DNA from: an uncultured bacterium
Lineage (GTDB): Bacteria; Abyssobacteria; SURF-5
Direction: 5' to 3'
NCBI GenBank assembly: GCA_964607485.1
Contig: CAZSKP010000006.1
Location: 97,157-161,156, forward strand
Length of the DNA stretch: 64,000 nt
In this document: positions 48,505-57,769 of the stretch, piece after piece
Layout of the letters: each line of letters opens with the position of its first letter
Position numbering within the stretch: the first letter of the stretch is position 1
The notes under the pieces: model-generated
The model's input: only the letters and a program-made list of their open reading frames with translations
Databases searched by the model: none
Told to the model about the DNA's origin: nothing
Translations under genes and position numbers: made by a program

Positions 48505-49848
48505 CTAGGCCGTTCTCTCCTGTGTCCGAATCGTGTGTGCCAGAAACAGTGCCGGCAACGCCAGAGTTCCCACCCACGCAATCGAACTGAACATCAGGAC
48601 GACACAACAGAGTAAGAATGCAGGGACCAGGCGTTCGCTCTCTGGGTCCGAGTTCAGTTTGCACAGGATGTATATCGCCGGGCCGACCAGCCAGGAGAAA
48701 TAACGTTCCCATACAAGAGGGTAAATCGCGGTGGTAAGCAACAGATAATAAACGACATCGTCCATGAGCATGTGCTTTGTTTTCTCCCTTATGCAAAGGG
48801 TCAGGCCTCCGCCGTAGGCAAGAAGAGTCAAAAGGAGAGCAAATCCTGTGACCAGATGAGAATTCGAAGGGATTCCGAGATTTTTCAGGAGGACCATCAG
48901 CGCCGCCCAGGCAGAAATATTGTCCACATTGGCCAACATGCCGGGAATGTTTTTGCGACTGACTTCTCTGAAGAATTCAGTGTAAGTGTCAAGTCCCAAT
49001 CCTCCCTCGTACGATTCCAGCGCCAGGGCTGTTGCCCCCAGCAGGCAGGCGGCACTCAGAATGACAATTAACGAATTCTTGTCTCTTTTTAGGATCAGGT
49101 AGATGACATATCCACCGGCCACGGAGAGAAAATATGGCTTTACGGAAATGGCAATGCCTAAGACTAACCCGGTCAGGACAGGCTTGTTGAAATGGTGCGA
49201 AACCATGATCAGTATAACGAGCAGGGCAAGCAGAGTGCAAAAATTTCCAAGAGACCTGTTCCAACGGAAAAAAAGGTAAAAGAGAGAAGCCAACAAAGTC
49301 ACTTCGAGCAAGACCTCAATATTCTGTCGAAGGCCCATTTCGCTTTTCTTAAGAAACCAAAGAAGACCTCCCGCTATTATCATCGCACTTGCCGCCGAAG
49401 AGATCAGATCGATGAGCAAGAGATTTTTTCGAAACTCGTGGAGAGAGTTCCCCATTGCGCCGCACAGCGCATAAACGGGGACGAAGCCCAAATTGAGACC
49501 GGAAGTGATCGGGCTGGAGTAAGGGCTCTGGTTTTGTCTCACCGCCTGAGCGCCCCTGAAGAAGATTTTCCCGTCGACAAGAGCGAGGCCGTGTTCAGTG
49601 GATTGGCTCATTGTATAGAACAGCACAGAAAACAACAAAGCGCTCAGAATCACAATCCTGAATTTGCCGGCATTCCGGAGGCAAGGGCTCAAGGCAAGCA
49701 GCAGGAGCTCGAAAGAAAACAGAAGGAGAAAAGCCATACTCCGTGGCTGCATCTCCAAGATATAGCCAAAGAAAAGGGCTGGCCCGATCAAGCTCAATAA
49801 GATTTTGGCCGAGAAAGGCAGCGAAGCAAGTTTCAGCTTAATACCCAT
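48505..49848 (-). CDS. GT87/DUF2029-like membrane glycosyltransferase
   Basis: Multi-TM; D..IF..GA.......SPY, GN, SVKPY, N.S and P.VW..Y motifs. Visibly more AT-rich than its neighbours. Confidence 0.6.
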   Translation of the reverse strand: MGIKLKLASLPFSAKILLSLIGPALFFGYILEMQPRSMAFLLLFSFELLLLALSPCLRNAGKFRIVILSALLFSVLFYTMSQSTEHGLALVDGKIFFRGAQAVRQNQSPYSSPITSGLNLGFVPVYALCGAMGNSLHEFRKNLLLIDLISSAASAMIIAGGLLWFLKKSEMGLRQNIEVLLEVTLLASLFYLFFRWNRSLGNFCTLLALLVILIMVSHHFNKPVLTGLVLGIAISVKPYFLSVAGGYVIYLILKRDKNSLIVILSAACLLGATALALESYEGGLGLDTYTEFFREVSRKNIPGMLANVDNISAWAALMVLLKNLGIPSNSHLVTGFALLLTLLAYGGGLTLCIREKTKHMLMDDVVYYLLLTTAIYPLVWERYFSWLVGPAIYILCKLNSDPESERLVPAFLLCCVVLMFSSIAWVGTLALPALFLAHTIRTQERTA

Positions 49849-49979
49849 TTGACCCTATTATACTATAAGAGACGCATTCCTTCGGAAAGCGCGCCCTCGT
49901 GCGCTCGAAATTCTCGGTTCACAGGCGGAGTTTCCCCGGTCTCCCATTAGTTCTTCTTGCCCGCCGTAGAAGAAAACAC

Positions 49980-50008
49980 TTGACTTTCGCCTAACTTTCG
50001 CCTATACT
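49980..50008 (+). promoter_or_regulatory. lexA sigma70 promoter (TTGACT-N17-TATACT) containing an ACTTTCGCCTA tandem repeat (candidate SOS box)
   Basis: -35 at 49980-49985 and -10 at 50003-50008; perfect 11-bp direct repeat at 49983-49993 and 49994-50004. Confidence 0.75.
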
Positions 50009-50046
50009 GCTATCGGTGACTGTGGGCAATAAGGAGGAGCAATGGG

Positions 50047-50664
50047 ATGGCGTCTCTGACGAGAAGGCAGCGGGAAGTGCTGGATTTCATCAAGAGCTTC
50101 ATTCGGGAGAACGGGTATTCTCCCAGCCTCGAAGAGATCGGCGACGCGCTGAACATGTCGTCGGTGGCCACCGTGCACAAGCACCTCACCCATTTGAGGG
50201 AAAAGGGATTTATCAGCCACGAGCAGCACCGAAAGCGGTCCATAGAGGTGGCGGAGGAGGATTTCGCGAGCCCGCCGGACATGCTGGAGCTTCCGCTCCT
50301 CGGAACGATAGCCGCCGGAGAACCCATCGAGGCCATTGAGAACAGGGAGTCGATAGCCGTGCCCGCCGAGCTCGTACGTTCGCGCGGCCGCAGGCTGTTC
50401 GTGCTCAGGGTGAAGGGAGACTCGATGGTCGAGGAGCACATCCTTGACGGCGACTACGTCATAGCGGTCGAGGGGCACTCGGCCGACAATGGGCAAACGG
50501 TCGTAGCCTTGCTCGACGGTGAGAACGCCACGCTGAAGAAATACTACCGGGATAGAGACTCGATCCGCCTGCAGCCGGCCAATGAGGCCCTTGCGCCGAT
50601 AGTCGTGAAGGGTCGGGACGTTCGCATTCAAGGGATCGTCGTCGGGTTGATGAGAAGGTACTGA
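50047..50664 (+). CDS. lexA: SOS repressor LexA
   Basis: LTRRQ.EVLDFI, GYSPS.EEI, cleavage site AAG.P, catalytic GDSM and ATLK. SD AAGGAGG. Confidence 0.95.
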   Translation: MASLTRRQREVLDFIKSFIRENGYSPSLEEIGDALNMSSVATVHKHLTHLREKGFISHEQHRKRSIEVAEEDFASPPDMLELPLLGTIAAGEPIEAIENRESIAVPAELVRSRGRRLFVLRVKGDSMVEEHILDGDYVIAVEGHSADNGQTVVALLDGENATLKKYYRDRDSIRLQPANEALAPIVVKGRDVRIQGIVVGLMRRY

Positions 50665-50699
50665 TTCAACGGTTTAGTGAGGGAAGGGGGTATCTGGAA

Positions 50700-50855
50700 A
50701 TGAGTTGTCCGGATTGCGGAGGAATATTGGCGATGCTGGAAGGATGTGAGCTGTGTATCAATTGCGGATGGAGTCCGTGCTTTTCGGCGCATCCGTTTGG
50801 CGAAGGCTCGGGGAACCCGTCGATTGACTGTTCGGGCCAGGTTTTCCGAGCCTAG
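50700..50855 (+). CDS. 51-aa zinc-ribbon microprotein resembling the C-terminal Cys module of class II ribonucleotide reductase (NrdJ)
   Basis: Translated by hand: MSCPDCGGILAMLEGCELCINCGWSPCFSAHPFGEGSGNPSIDCSGQVFRA. Purine-rich SD (GGAAGGGGG) upstream; 35 nt after the lexA stop; below the ORF-track cutoff. Confidence 0.65.
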   Translation: MSCPDCGGILAMLEGCELCINCGWSPCFSAHPFGEGSGNPSIDCSGQVFRA

Positions 50856-50936
50856 GTTCCCGCCATTTATGTCTGACCATTTTCGCTGCGAGTCGTATCC
50901 CGATGCGATAACCATGCTCTCCGCGCATCATCTGTT

Positions 50937-50965
50937 TTGACAATCGTCGTCTCGCCAAATATAAT
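50937..50965 (+). promoter_or_regulatory. Sigma70 promoter (TTGACA-N17-TATAAT)
   Basis: Perfect consensus upstream of the acyl-CoA dehydrogenase gene. Confidence 0.75.
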
Positions 50966-51030
50966 TCTCGCAAGATGTGGAGGATAACGACGAGGATTGG
51001 CATAGCGAAGAGAACCCATCGGGAGATGCA

Positions 51031-52731
51031 ATGATGATCTTATTAAACCCCAAGAAGCACACCCGCGAGTATCCTGACGAAAAATCCAGAGAAATCATGC
51101 TCAGGACCATTGAGTTTTTCGAAAAGAAAGGAAAGAAGAAACTCAAGGAGGACGACCACAAGAAAAACTGGTACTCCGACTTCCTCGAATTCCAGAAGGG
51201 AGAGAAGATCTTTTCGACCCTTCTGACCCCCGCGGGCTATGGCGGCCCAGATTGCCGCTGGGACACCTGGCGGATATGTGAGTTCAACGAGATACTGGGT
51301 TTCTACGGGTTGTGCTACTGGTACACGTGGCAGGTTTCCATTCTCGGCCTCGGTCCCATCTGGATGAGCGCCAACGAGGAACTTAAGCTCAAAGCGGCTC
51401 ACCTTCTCGACAAAGGCGCGATATTCGCATTTGGGCTTTCCGAGAAGGAGCATGGCGCGGACGTCTATTCGACCGGGATGACGCTCACGCCTCAGGCGGA
51501 TGGAACCTACAGGGCCAACGGCGAAAAGTATTACATAGGCAACGGCAACGAGGCCCCAATGGTATCCACATTCGCCAAGATGGCCGACACCGGTGACTAT
51601 GTTTTCTTTGCCGCCGATTCTCAGCACGAAAACTACGAGTGTAAGAAGAACGTCGTCGATTCACAGAACTACGTTGCCAACTACGCGCTTCACGACTACC
51701 CCGTCACGGAAGCGGATATTCTTTCAAGAGGCAGGGACGCGTGGGACGCCGCACTCAATACCGTCAACATTGGAAAGTACAACCTCGGCTGGGCGTCAAT
51801 CGGCATTTGCACCCACGCACTCTATGAGGCGATCAATCATGCGGCGAACCGCAGGCTCTACAATATGTACGTGACGGATTTCCCGCACGTGAAGCAGATG
51901 TTCACCGACGCCTATACGCGCCTGGTGGCGATGAAGCTGTTTGCGTTGCGGGCGGCGGACTACATGCGAACGGCGTCGCTCGAGGACAGGCGTTATCTGC
52001 TGTACAACCCGGTTGTCAAGATGAAGGTGACGACGCAGGGTGAGGAAGTAATAACTCTCCTCTGGGATGTCATCGCCGCCAAGGGTTTTGAAAAGGACAT
52101 GTATTTTGAAATGGCGGCCAGGGACATACGGGCACTGCCGAGGCTCGAGGGGACCGTGCATGTCAATATCGCTCTCATTCTCAAGTTCATGCCCAACTAC
52201 TTCTTCAGTCCCGGCGAGTTTCCCGACATTTCAAAGCAGATGGACCCTCGGAGCGACGATTTCCTCTTCGGTCAGGGTCCCACGAAGGGGCTGGGCAAGA
52301 TACGGTTTCATGATTACAACACCGCATACGACGGCTACGACCTGCCTAATGTGAACGTGTTCAAGGAACAGATTGGGGTTTTCAAAGAGTTCTTGGCTGC
52401 CGCCACTCCCGACGCCGAGCAGCAAAAGGACATCGATTTCCTGATGAGCCTTGGCGAACTATTCACTCTGGTGGTCTATGGGCAACTCATTCTCGAGAAC
52501 GCCAAGATATATGATGTTGAGGATGCCCTCGTGGACCAGATATTTGACTTCATGGTGAGGGATTTTTCAAAGTTCGCGCTGCAACTGCACGGAAAACAGA
52601 GCAGCACGCCTGTGCAGATGGATTACTGCATGAATATGATTCGTAAGCCGGCTGTTGACAAGGCGAGATACCAGAAGATTTGGGAACACCACGTCTACGT
52701 ATTGAAAGACGTGTATGAAATGAACGAGTAA
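51031..52731 (+). CDS. Acyl-CoA dehydrogenase family protein
   Basis: AFGLSE..HGAD, G.KYYIGN, AAKGF and LEGT motifs. ATG at 51031 or 51034. Confidence 0.88.
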   Translation: MMILLNPKKHTREYPDEKSREIMLRTIEFFEKKGKKKLKEDDHKKNWYSDFLEFQKGEKIFSTLLTPAGYGGPDCRWDTWRICEFNEILGFYGLCYWYTWQVSILGLGPIWMSANEELKLKAAHLLDKGAIFAFGLSEKEHGADVYSTGMTLTPQADGTYRANGEKYYIGNGNEAPMVSTFAKMADTGDYVFFAADSQHENYECKKNVVDSQNYVANYALHDYPVTEADILSRGRDAWDAALNTVNIGKYNLGWASIGICTHALYEAINHAANRRLYNMYVTDFPHVKQMFTDAYTRLVAMKLFALRAADYMRTASLEDRRYLLYNPVVKMKVTTQGEEVITLLWDVIAAKGFEKDMYFEMAARDIRALPRLEGTVHVNIALILKFMPNYFFSPGEFPDISKQMDPRSDDFLFGQGPTKGLGKIRFHDYNTAYDGYDLPNVNVFKEQIGVFKEFLAAATPDAEQQKDIDFLMSLGELFTLVVYGQLILENAKIYDVEDALVDQIFDFMVRDFSKFALQLHGKQSSTPVQMDYCMNMIRKPAVDKARYQKIWEHHVYVLKDVYEMNE

Positions 52732-52743
52732 CACACGCGCGGA

Positions 52744-52760
52744 GAGAGCGCGACGCTCTC
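52744..52760. terminator. Hairpin between convergent genes (possible terminator)
   Basis: GAGAGCG-CGA-CGCTCTC, with only a weak U-tract. Confidence 0.35.
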
Positions 52761-52801
52761 ATTCATTCCGTGAAGATGTGAGACGTAACTGCCGCCATCT
52801 T

Positions 52802-54109
52802 TCAAAAGAACCATTCGACCTTGACGTAGTAGATGTTCCCCACGTCGTTGAAGTCGCTGCCGCGCTCGCCCGTGAAAAATTGGACGCCCGCTCTTATGTC
52901 CAGGTTCGCACGGGCCGAATAGTATATCTCAGGATTGAGGAACAGCCCCTCCCCCTCGATGTCCCAGACGCTGTATGCCTGCAGCTTGACGAGCGGCGTG
53001 AGGTCATACGTGGCGCCCATGCCGAGCTGGTGAGGGTTCAGGGTGGTCAGCTCGCCCCTTAGCTGGGCGTCGAGCAATTGCTGCCGGTCGAGCCGGGCGG
53101 CTTGTCCGTTATAGAAGTATTCGGCGACCAAGTAGAGGGTGTTCGAAAAGCTGTAATCGGCGCCCAGCACGAAGCGGTAGTGGTCGGGCCGGTCCTGGGC
53201 GAACGTGTACGTGAATTCTCCCCTAAGGCCTGCGTCTTTCACATAGCCGGAAAAATTCCCGCCGACGAATTCGTCGTGGTCGAATCGGCCGCCGATGAAC
53301 GAGATGTCGTACGTTCCGACGGTGGTTCTGAACCTTCCGGCCGCCGAGCTCATGTCCTCTTCTTCGAGGAACGATTCTATCAGCGCAAAGTCGGGCGGCT
53401 CGGCTGCGAGGCGAGCGATCACATCGGGCGGAACGCCCCTCGCGAGAAGTTCCTCCAGCGTCGGGAGCCCGAACTTCTTCGAGCGCGCGTACACGAAGTT
53501 CACGAGTGTCAGCCCGTCGAACGGGATCTCAAGGTTTACGGCGTCGGCTCCGACCTTCTCCTCCGGTTCAATCTGGAGAGGGCTGACGGGATTGAAAATG
53601 TCGGTCGGATTCCAGAACAGCCCGGTTCCCCACGAAATCCGCTGGCGGCCCACCGTGAGATTGGCATGAGGGGCGCGCATGACGAGGTAGGCGCGATAGA
53701 GCGAGTGGCTCCAGAAGGCGTCGTCATGGTCCGCTATCGTATGTTTCCAATCGAAGTACGTCGTATCGCGCTCGCCGCGAGTGAAGGCGAAGTCGCCCGA
53801 GTCGAGAATGCTTCCGAAGTAAGCTTCGTGCTGGTACGTGACGTCGAGCTCGAGAGAATCGCCGTAGGAGGCCCTCCAGATGGTGCGAAGCCGATTGAAA
53901 TCGCTCGTGTAATCCTTGCCGGCTGTGTCCTCGCCCAGCGAGAACAGGTTTGTGTAGCTGCCCGTCAGCGTCAGGTCGAGGGGGCCGCGTTCCAGGAGGT
54001 CGATTGCGTGCGCCTGACTGTAGGGAACAACAAGCGTCAGTAAAGCGAGAGCGGCGGGAAGAAAACGTTTCAGAGGCCGACACGGACCGACGAAGCGGCG
54101 GGTTGTCAT
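52802..54109 (-). CDS. Outer-membrane beta-barrel protein
   Basis: Signal peptide, GRQRISWGTG..WNP.D motif, amphipathic strands and a C-terminal YYVKVEWFF. Confidence 0.75.
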   Translation of the reverse strand: MTTRRFVGPCRPLKRFLPAALALLTLVVPYSQAHAIDLLERGPLDLTLTGSYTNLFSLGEDTAGKDYTSDFNRLRTIWRASYGDSLELDVTYQHEAYFGSILDSGDFAFTRGERDTTYFDWKHTIADHDDAFWSHSLYRAYLVMRAPHANLTVGRQRISWGTGLFWNPTDIFNPVSPLQIEPEEKVGADAVNLEIPFDGLTLVNFVYARSKKFGLPTLEELLARGVPPDVIARLAAEPPDFALIESFLEEEDMSSAAGRFRTTVGTYDISFIGGRFDHDEFVGGNFSGYVKDAGLRGEFTYTFAQDRPDHYRFVLGADYSFSNTLYLVAEYFYNGQAARLDRQQLLDAQLRGELTTLNPHQLGMGATYDLTPLVKLQAYSVWDIEGEGLFLNPEIYYSARANLDIRAGVQFFTGERGSDFNDVGNIYYVKVEWFF

Positions 54110-54780
54110 GATTCCACCGGACGGCCGTCCCTTAGGAGAATGAGCCGTCGTGCCTTTTCCATCACCAGCGTGTCGTGCGTCGAGAAGAGAAACGTGATCT
54201 GCTTCTCTTCGTTGAGCTTGCGCATCAGGTCGAGAAGCGAAGCGGCGGTCTTGGAGTCGAGGTTGGCCGTCGGCTCGTCGGCGAGGACGAGCGAGGGCTC
54301 GGTCACAATCGCGCGCGCGACGGCGACCCTCTGCTGCTGGCCGCCGCTGAGTTCTCCCGGCCTTCGGTCGGCGAATTCTTCGAGCCCCACCTCGGCGAGC
54401 ACGCGCAGAGCCCTGCGCTTTCCCTCCGCATGGTCCAGGCCCTGCAGTTGCATGACGAATTCGACGTTCTCTCGGGCCGTCAGGACGGGAATCAGGTTGT
54501 ACGTCTGGAAGACGAATCCCAGTTGATGAAGCCGAATATTCGAGAGCTCGCTCTTGTTGAGCGCCGCCAGGTCCTGCCCATTGATGAACACCTTTCCCGA
54601 GGTTGCGAGGTCGAGGCCTCCTATCAGGTTCAGTAGGGTGGTCTTGCCCGAGCCCGACGGCCCGGCAATGGCCGTAAATTCGCCTTTCTCGATCGACAGG
54701 CTTACATCGTCGAGCGCGCGAATGGGCAGCTTGTGGTCGCTGTAAATTTTCGTGAGATTTTCGACTCGAACGATTTCCAT
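54106..54780 (-). CDS. ABC transporter ATP-binding protein (LolD/MacB-like)
   Basis: GPSGSGKTT, LSGGQQQR, LADEPTANLD and STHD. Confidence 0.93.
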   Translation of the reverse strand: MEIVRVENLTKIYSDHKLPIRALDDVSLSIEKGEFTAIAGPSGSGKTTLLNLIGGLDLATSGKVFINGQDLAALNKSELSNIRLHQLGFVFQTYNLIPVLTARENVEFVMQLQGLDHAEGKRRALRVLAEVGLEEFADRRPGELSGGQQQRVAVARAIVTEPSLVLADEPTANLDSKTAASLLDLMRKLNEEKQITFLFSTHDTLVMEKARRLILLRDGRPVES

Positions 54781-54789
54781 GTCCCTATC

Positions 54790-56019
54790 TCACACGTACC
54801 TGATCGCCTCGACCGGCTGCAGTCGGGCGGCCTTCACGGCCGGATACACTGCCACGCTGAGCGACACGAACAACACAATGATGGATGAGCGAACGACGTT
54901 TCTCGCCGTCAGCTTGGCGTAGAGGATCGGGTCGAGCGTCGTTCCCACCATGCTCATTTCGCCCATGAAGCGGGTGAGGTCGATGCCGTGGGTCGTGCAG
55001 TACTGCGTTATGAGCGCGCCCGCGACGACTCCGCACACGAGGCTCACGACGGCTATCCACAATGATTCCAGCATGACCAGCCACACTATTTGTCGCGGCT
55101 TCGTGCCCATCGCCATCATTATCCCGAACTCGCGCACCCGCTCGAATATCGACATAAGCATCGTGTTGAGAATTCCGATGGCTACCACGAAGAAGACGAT
55201 GACAATGAGGATGTAAACGCTGGCGTCGTCGATCCTGATGAACTCGGCCAGGTCGGGAGCGACCTCGTCCCATGTCATCACTTCCACCTTCGAGAGGTCG
55301 AGCCTCTGCCGCAGCCCTTTGGCGACCGCCTGGATATTGTCCGTGTTATCGACAATGATGGCGAACTCGAACACCTTGTCGCCGAGCACGAAAAATTTCT
55401 GACAATCCTCGATGTTTATGTAACAGACGCCCCGGTCGAGGTCGGGCATGCCGGTGGTGAAGATGCCCGACACCCTGAACAGGTCGTTGGCGAGCGAGCC
55501 GTCGGCCGCCTGGCCGAGCAGCACCAGCTTGTCGCCGATGCCGACTTTGAGAAACTTGGCCAGCTTGGAGCCGATGAGAATTTTCATCCCGCCCGGCGGA
55601 AGGTCGTACTCGCCCACGACAATCTTTTGAGCGATGTTTGTGACGCGGCTCTCGTGATCAGGCTGGATGCCCATGATCATCACGCCGGCGGAATTCTCGG
55701 CAGAGCTCAGGAGCCCTTGTCCCTTCACCCGCTCGGCATAACTTTCCACGTGCGGAAATGTTTCGAGCAGTTGTGCGATCGGCTCGGGGTTGGTCAGCGC
55801 ACGCTGTATGTCCGGGTCGTCGTGGTACCCCTTCTCATGTATCTGTATGTGGCCGATCACGGTTCGGGTCGCATTGCGGATCATTTGCTCGTGGATTCCG
55901 TCGGCCAGTCCGACGAGCCAGATCAGCACGGTGAGCCCGAACGCGATTGCCAGAATGGTGAGCAGCGACCGGCGAAAGTTGCGCCACACGTTGCGCCATG
56001 CCATGCGGACAAATATCAT
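54790..56019 (-). CDS. ABC transporter permease (LolC/E-MacB/FtsX family)
   Basis: AWRN.WRN.RRS, a large periplasmic loop, ER.REFG...A.G and PA.KAARL.P.EA. Confidence 0.9.
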   Translation of the reverse strand: MIFVRMAWRNVWRNFRRSLLTILAIAFGLTVLIWLVGLADGIHEQMIRNATRTVIGHIQIHEKGYHDDPDIQRALTNPEPIAQLLETFPHVESYAERVKGQGLLSSAENSAGVMIMGIQPDHESRVTNIAQKIVVGEYDLPPGGMKILIGSKLAKFLKVGIGDKLVLLGQAADGSLANDLFRVSGIFTTGMPDLDRGVCYINIEDCQKFFVLGDKVFEFAIIVDNTDNIQAVAKGLRQRLDLSKVEVMTWDEVAPDLAEFIRIDDASVYILIVIVFFVVAIGILNTMLMSIFERVREFGIMMAMGTKPRQIVWLVMLESLWIAVVSLVCGVVAGALITQYCTTHGIDLTRFMGEMSMVGTTLDPILYAKLTARNVVRSSIIVLFVSLSVAVYPAVKAARLQPVEAIRYV

Positions 56020-56041
56020 GAGCTGGATTCCCGAGTGTTCT

Positions 56042-56836
56042 CTACTTCACATGTTTGAGGTTCTGAAGCGTAAAAATCTCGTCGGGGATTTCCCGGTTGA
56101 ACAAGATTTTGTCCACCTTCAGCACCGTATTCTGTCCGGGTTTTTCGACGGGCTGCATGAACCATTGTGTGGGTATCACGCGGTCGTCCATTTTCTTAAA
56201 TTCGGAAAACGAGAGCACGCGTACGAGCTTTCCCCTTTCCGTGTAGAATTCCTCTCGCAGAGGGTTGAAATCGGATGTTCGCACGACGAAGATGATTTTG
56301 CCCCACACGACCGGAGCGTGGGGCTTGGGTATCAGCTTCACCTTGTATGCCTCGAATCCGTCGAACGTCTCCAGTCCGAGAAACTCGTGGGTATAATCAT
56401 CGACCACGCTGCTTTCCTTCACGAGGTCGTCGTTGGTGAAGTCGCTTCCCATCCACGGCTGCATCATCAGCGACGGCGGAATCTTTATGATGCGTTCGAC
56501 CTTGGGAAGATAATTCCACATGTTTGTCTGGATCCGAAGCGAGCCGACGCCGGCCTCCTTCGCGGGCGAGGTGATGCGGATAAAGGTCATCTCCTTGCCC
56601 CTTGACCACGCATCCAGTTTGAGAGTGCGTTGCCAGTTGGGCGTGGTCACCGTCATCTCGTATGTTCCGATGCTCGTGTTGCCTCGCAGCAACTGGTCGC
56701 ACTTCTTTATGATTTCCGTTGCGCTCGGCTCCTCGGCGCACAGGCCCCCTCGGCAGGGCAGGAGCGCAAGCCCGGCTGCCACGAGAACGAGCATCACAGC
56801 ACGTGTAGCGGAACGTCTGTCAGCAATGGAGAACAT
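56042..56836 (-). CDS. LolA-like outer-membrane lipoprotein-sorting protein
   Basis: Signal peptide, MWNYLP, WMGSDFT.DD and F...NL C-terminus. Confidence 0.85.
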   Translation of the reverse strand: MFSIADRRSATRAVMLVLVAAGLALLPCRGGLCAEEPSATEIIKKCDQLLRGNTSIGTYEMTVTTPNWQRTLKLDAWSRGKEMTFIRITSPAKEAGVGSLRIQTNMWNYLPKVERIIKIPPSLMMQPWMGSDFTNDDLVKESSVVDDYTHEFLGLETFDGFEAYKVKLIPKPHAPVVWGKIIFVVRTSDFNPLREEFYTERGKLVRVLSFSEFKKMDDRVIPTQWFMQPVEKPGQNTVLKVDKILFNREIPDEIFTLQNLKHVK

Positions 56837-56904
56837 CTTGGCTCACTTTCAATTCTCTTTTGCCTCGGGCCAAACCGGAAACTGCCGCTCCGGTCATTCT
56901 TTGC

Positions 56905-57507
56905 CTATTTCCTCAGACCTGCAAACAATGCTTCGGTCAACGTGTCGCTCATGGCTTTCAGATCGAACATATTCTTGTTTATCAGAAGCTGAAACACGAG
57001 GCCGTCGAGCGTTCCCAATATGATAAGAGCCATCAGGTTCGCGTCGAATTCCTTGAAGACGCCGGCGGCCTGTCCCTGGCGAATGTATTCGGCGAGCGTC
57101 TTTGCCATGTGGTTGTACAGGTTCGACATCAGCCGGCGAAGTTTGTCTTCCTCTCCCTTCCTGTCCATCTCCGACCAGACATCCACAAAAAGGTACGTCA
57201 GGCCCGTCCACATAGCAGCCTGCTCGAGCGTGGACGCAATCAATGTGCGAATCTGTTGCTCGGGGTGCGCCACCGATTCCAACTCTTTTTTTTGCTTCAG
57301 TATGTACTGTTCATACAAGTATTCGCTCATCTCAAGGAAAAGGTCCTGCTTGCTCCTGAAGTATTCGTACACAGTCCCTTTTCCGACGCCGGCCTCGTCC
57401 GCGACGTCTTTCATCTTCGCTCGGCGATAGCCGGTTCTCGAGAAGACAGCGATTGCGGCCTCGATGATCTCGTTTCGTTTCTTTTGCTTGTCAACGATTA
57501 TCGGCAC
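56905..57507 (-). CDS. TetR/AcrR family transcriptional regulator
   Basis: HTH DVADEAGVGKGTVYEYFRSKQDLF. Confidence 0.93.
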   Translation of the reverse strand: MPIIVDKQKKRNEIIEAAIAVFSRTGYRRAKMKDVADEAGVGKGTVYEYFRSKQDLFLEMSEYLYEQYILKQKKELESVAHPEQQIRTLIASTLEQAAMWTGLTYLFVDVWSEMDRKGEEDKLRRLMSNLYNHMAKTLAEYIRQGQAAGVFKEFDANLMALIILGTLDGLVFQLLINKNMFDLKAMSDTLTEALFAGLRK

Positions 57508-57625
57508 GGACGCTCAGCCTCGATAAGAGAGTGACGTTTCGTCATGAAGTTACGCTAGGCTATTAATGCCATAACCTATTGTTCTATAGGGTGTTGCCAT
57601 CTGAATGAGATGTCCAACATATCCA

Positions 57626-57677
57626 TGACCGACCCGTCGGTCAATATAAGCATACCATACTTTCTCAGCTTTGTCAA
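57626..57677 (-). promoter_or_regulatory. Promoter (TTGACA-N17-TATGCT) with palindromic TetR-type operator TGACCGAC-CC-GTCGGTCA
   Basis: -35 at 57677-57672 and -10 at 57654-57649; perfect 8-bp inverted repeat at 57626-57643, over the expected transcription start. Confidence 0.75.
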
Positions 57678-57769
57678 CCCAGAATCGTGAAAAGGTGGTG
57701 AGGCTGTACTCCATTTCCCGTGACGCAGCCTCATTCATAGTGGAGGCTACGGAGACATACGGCGAGGAA

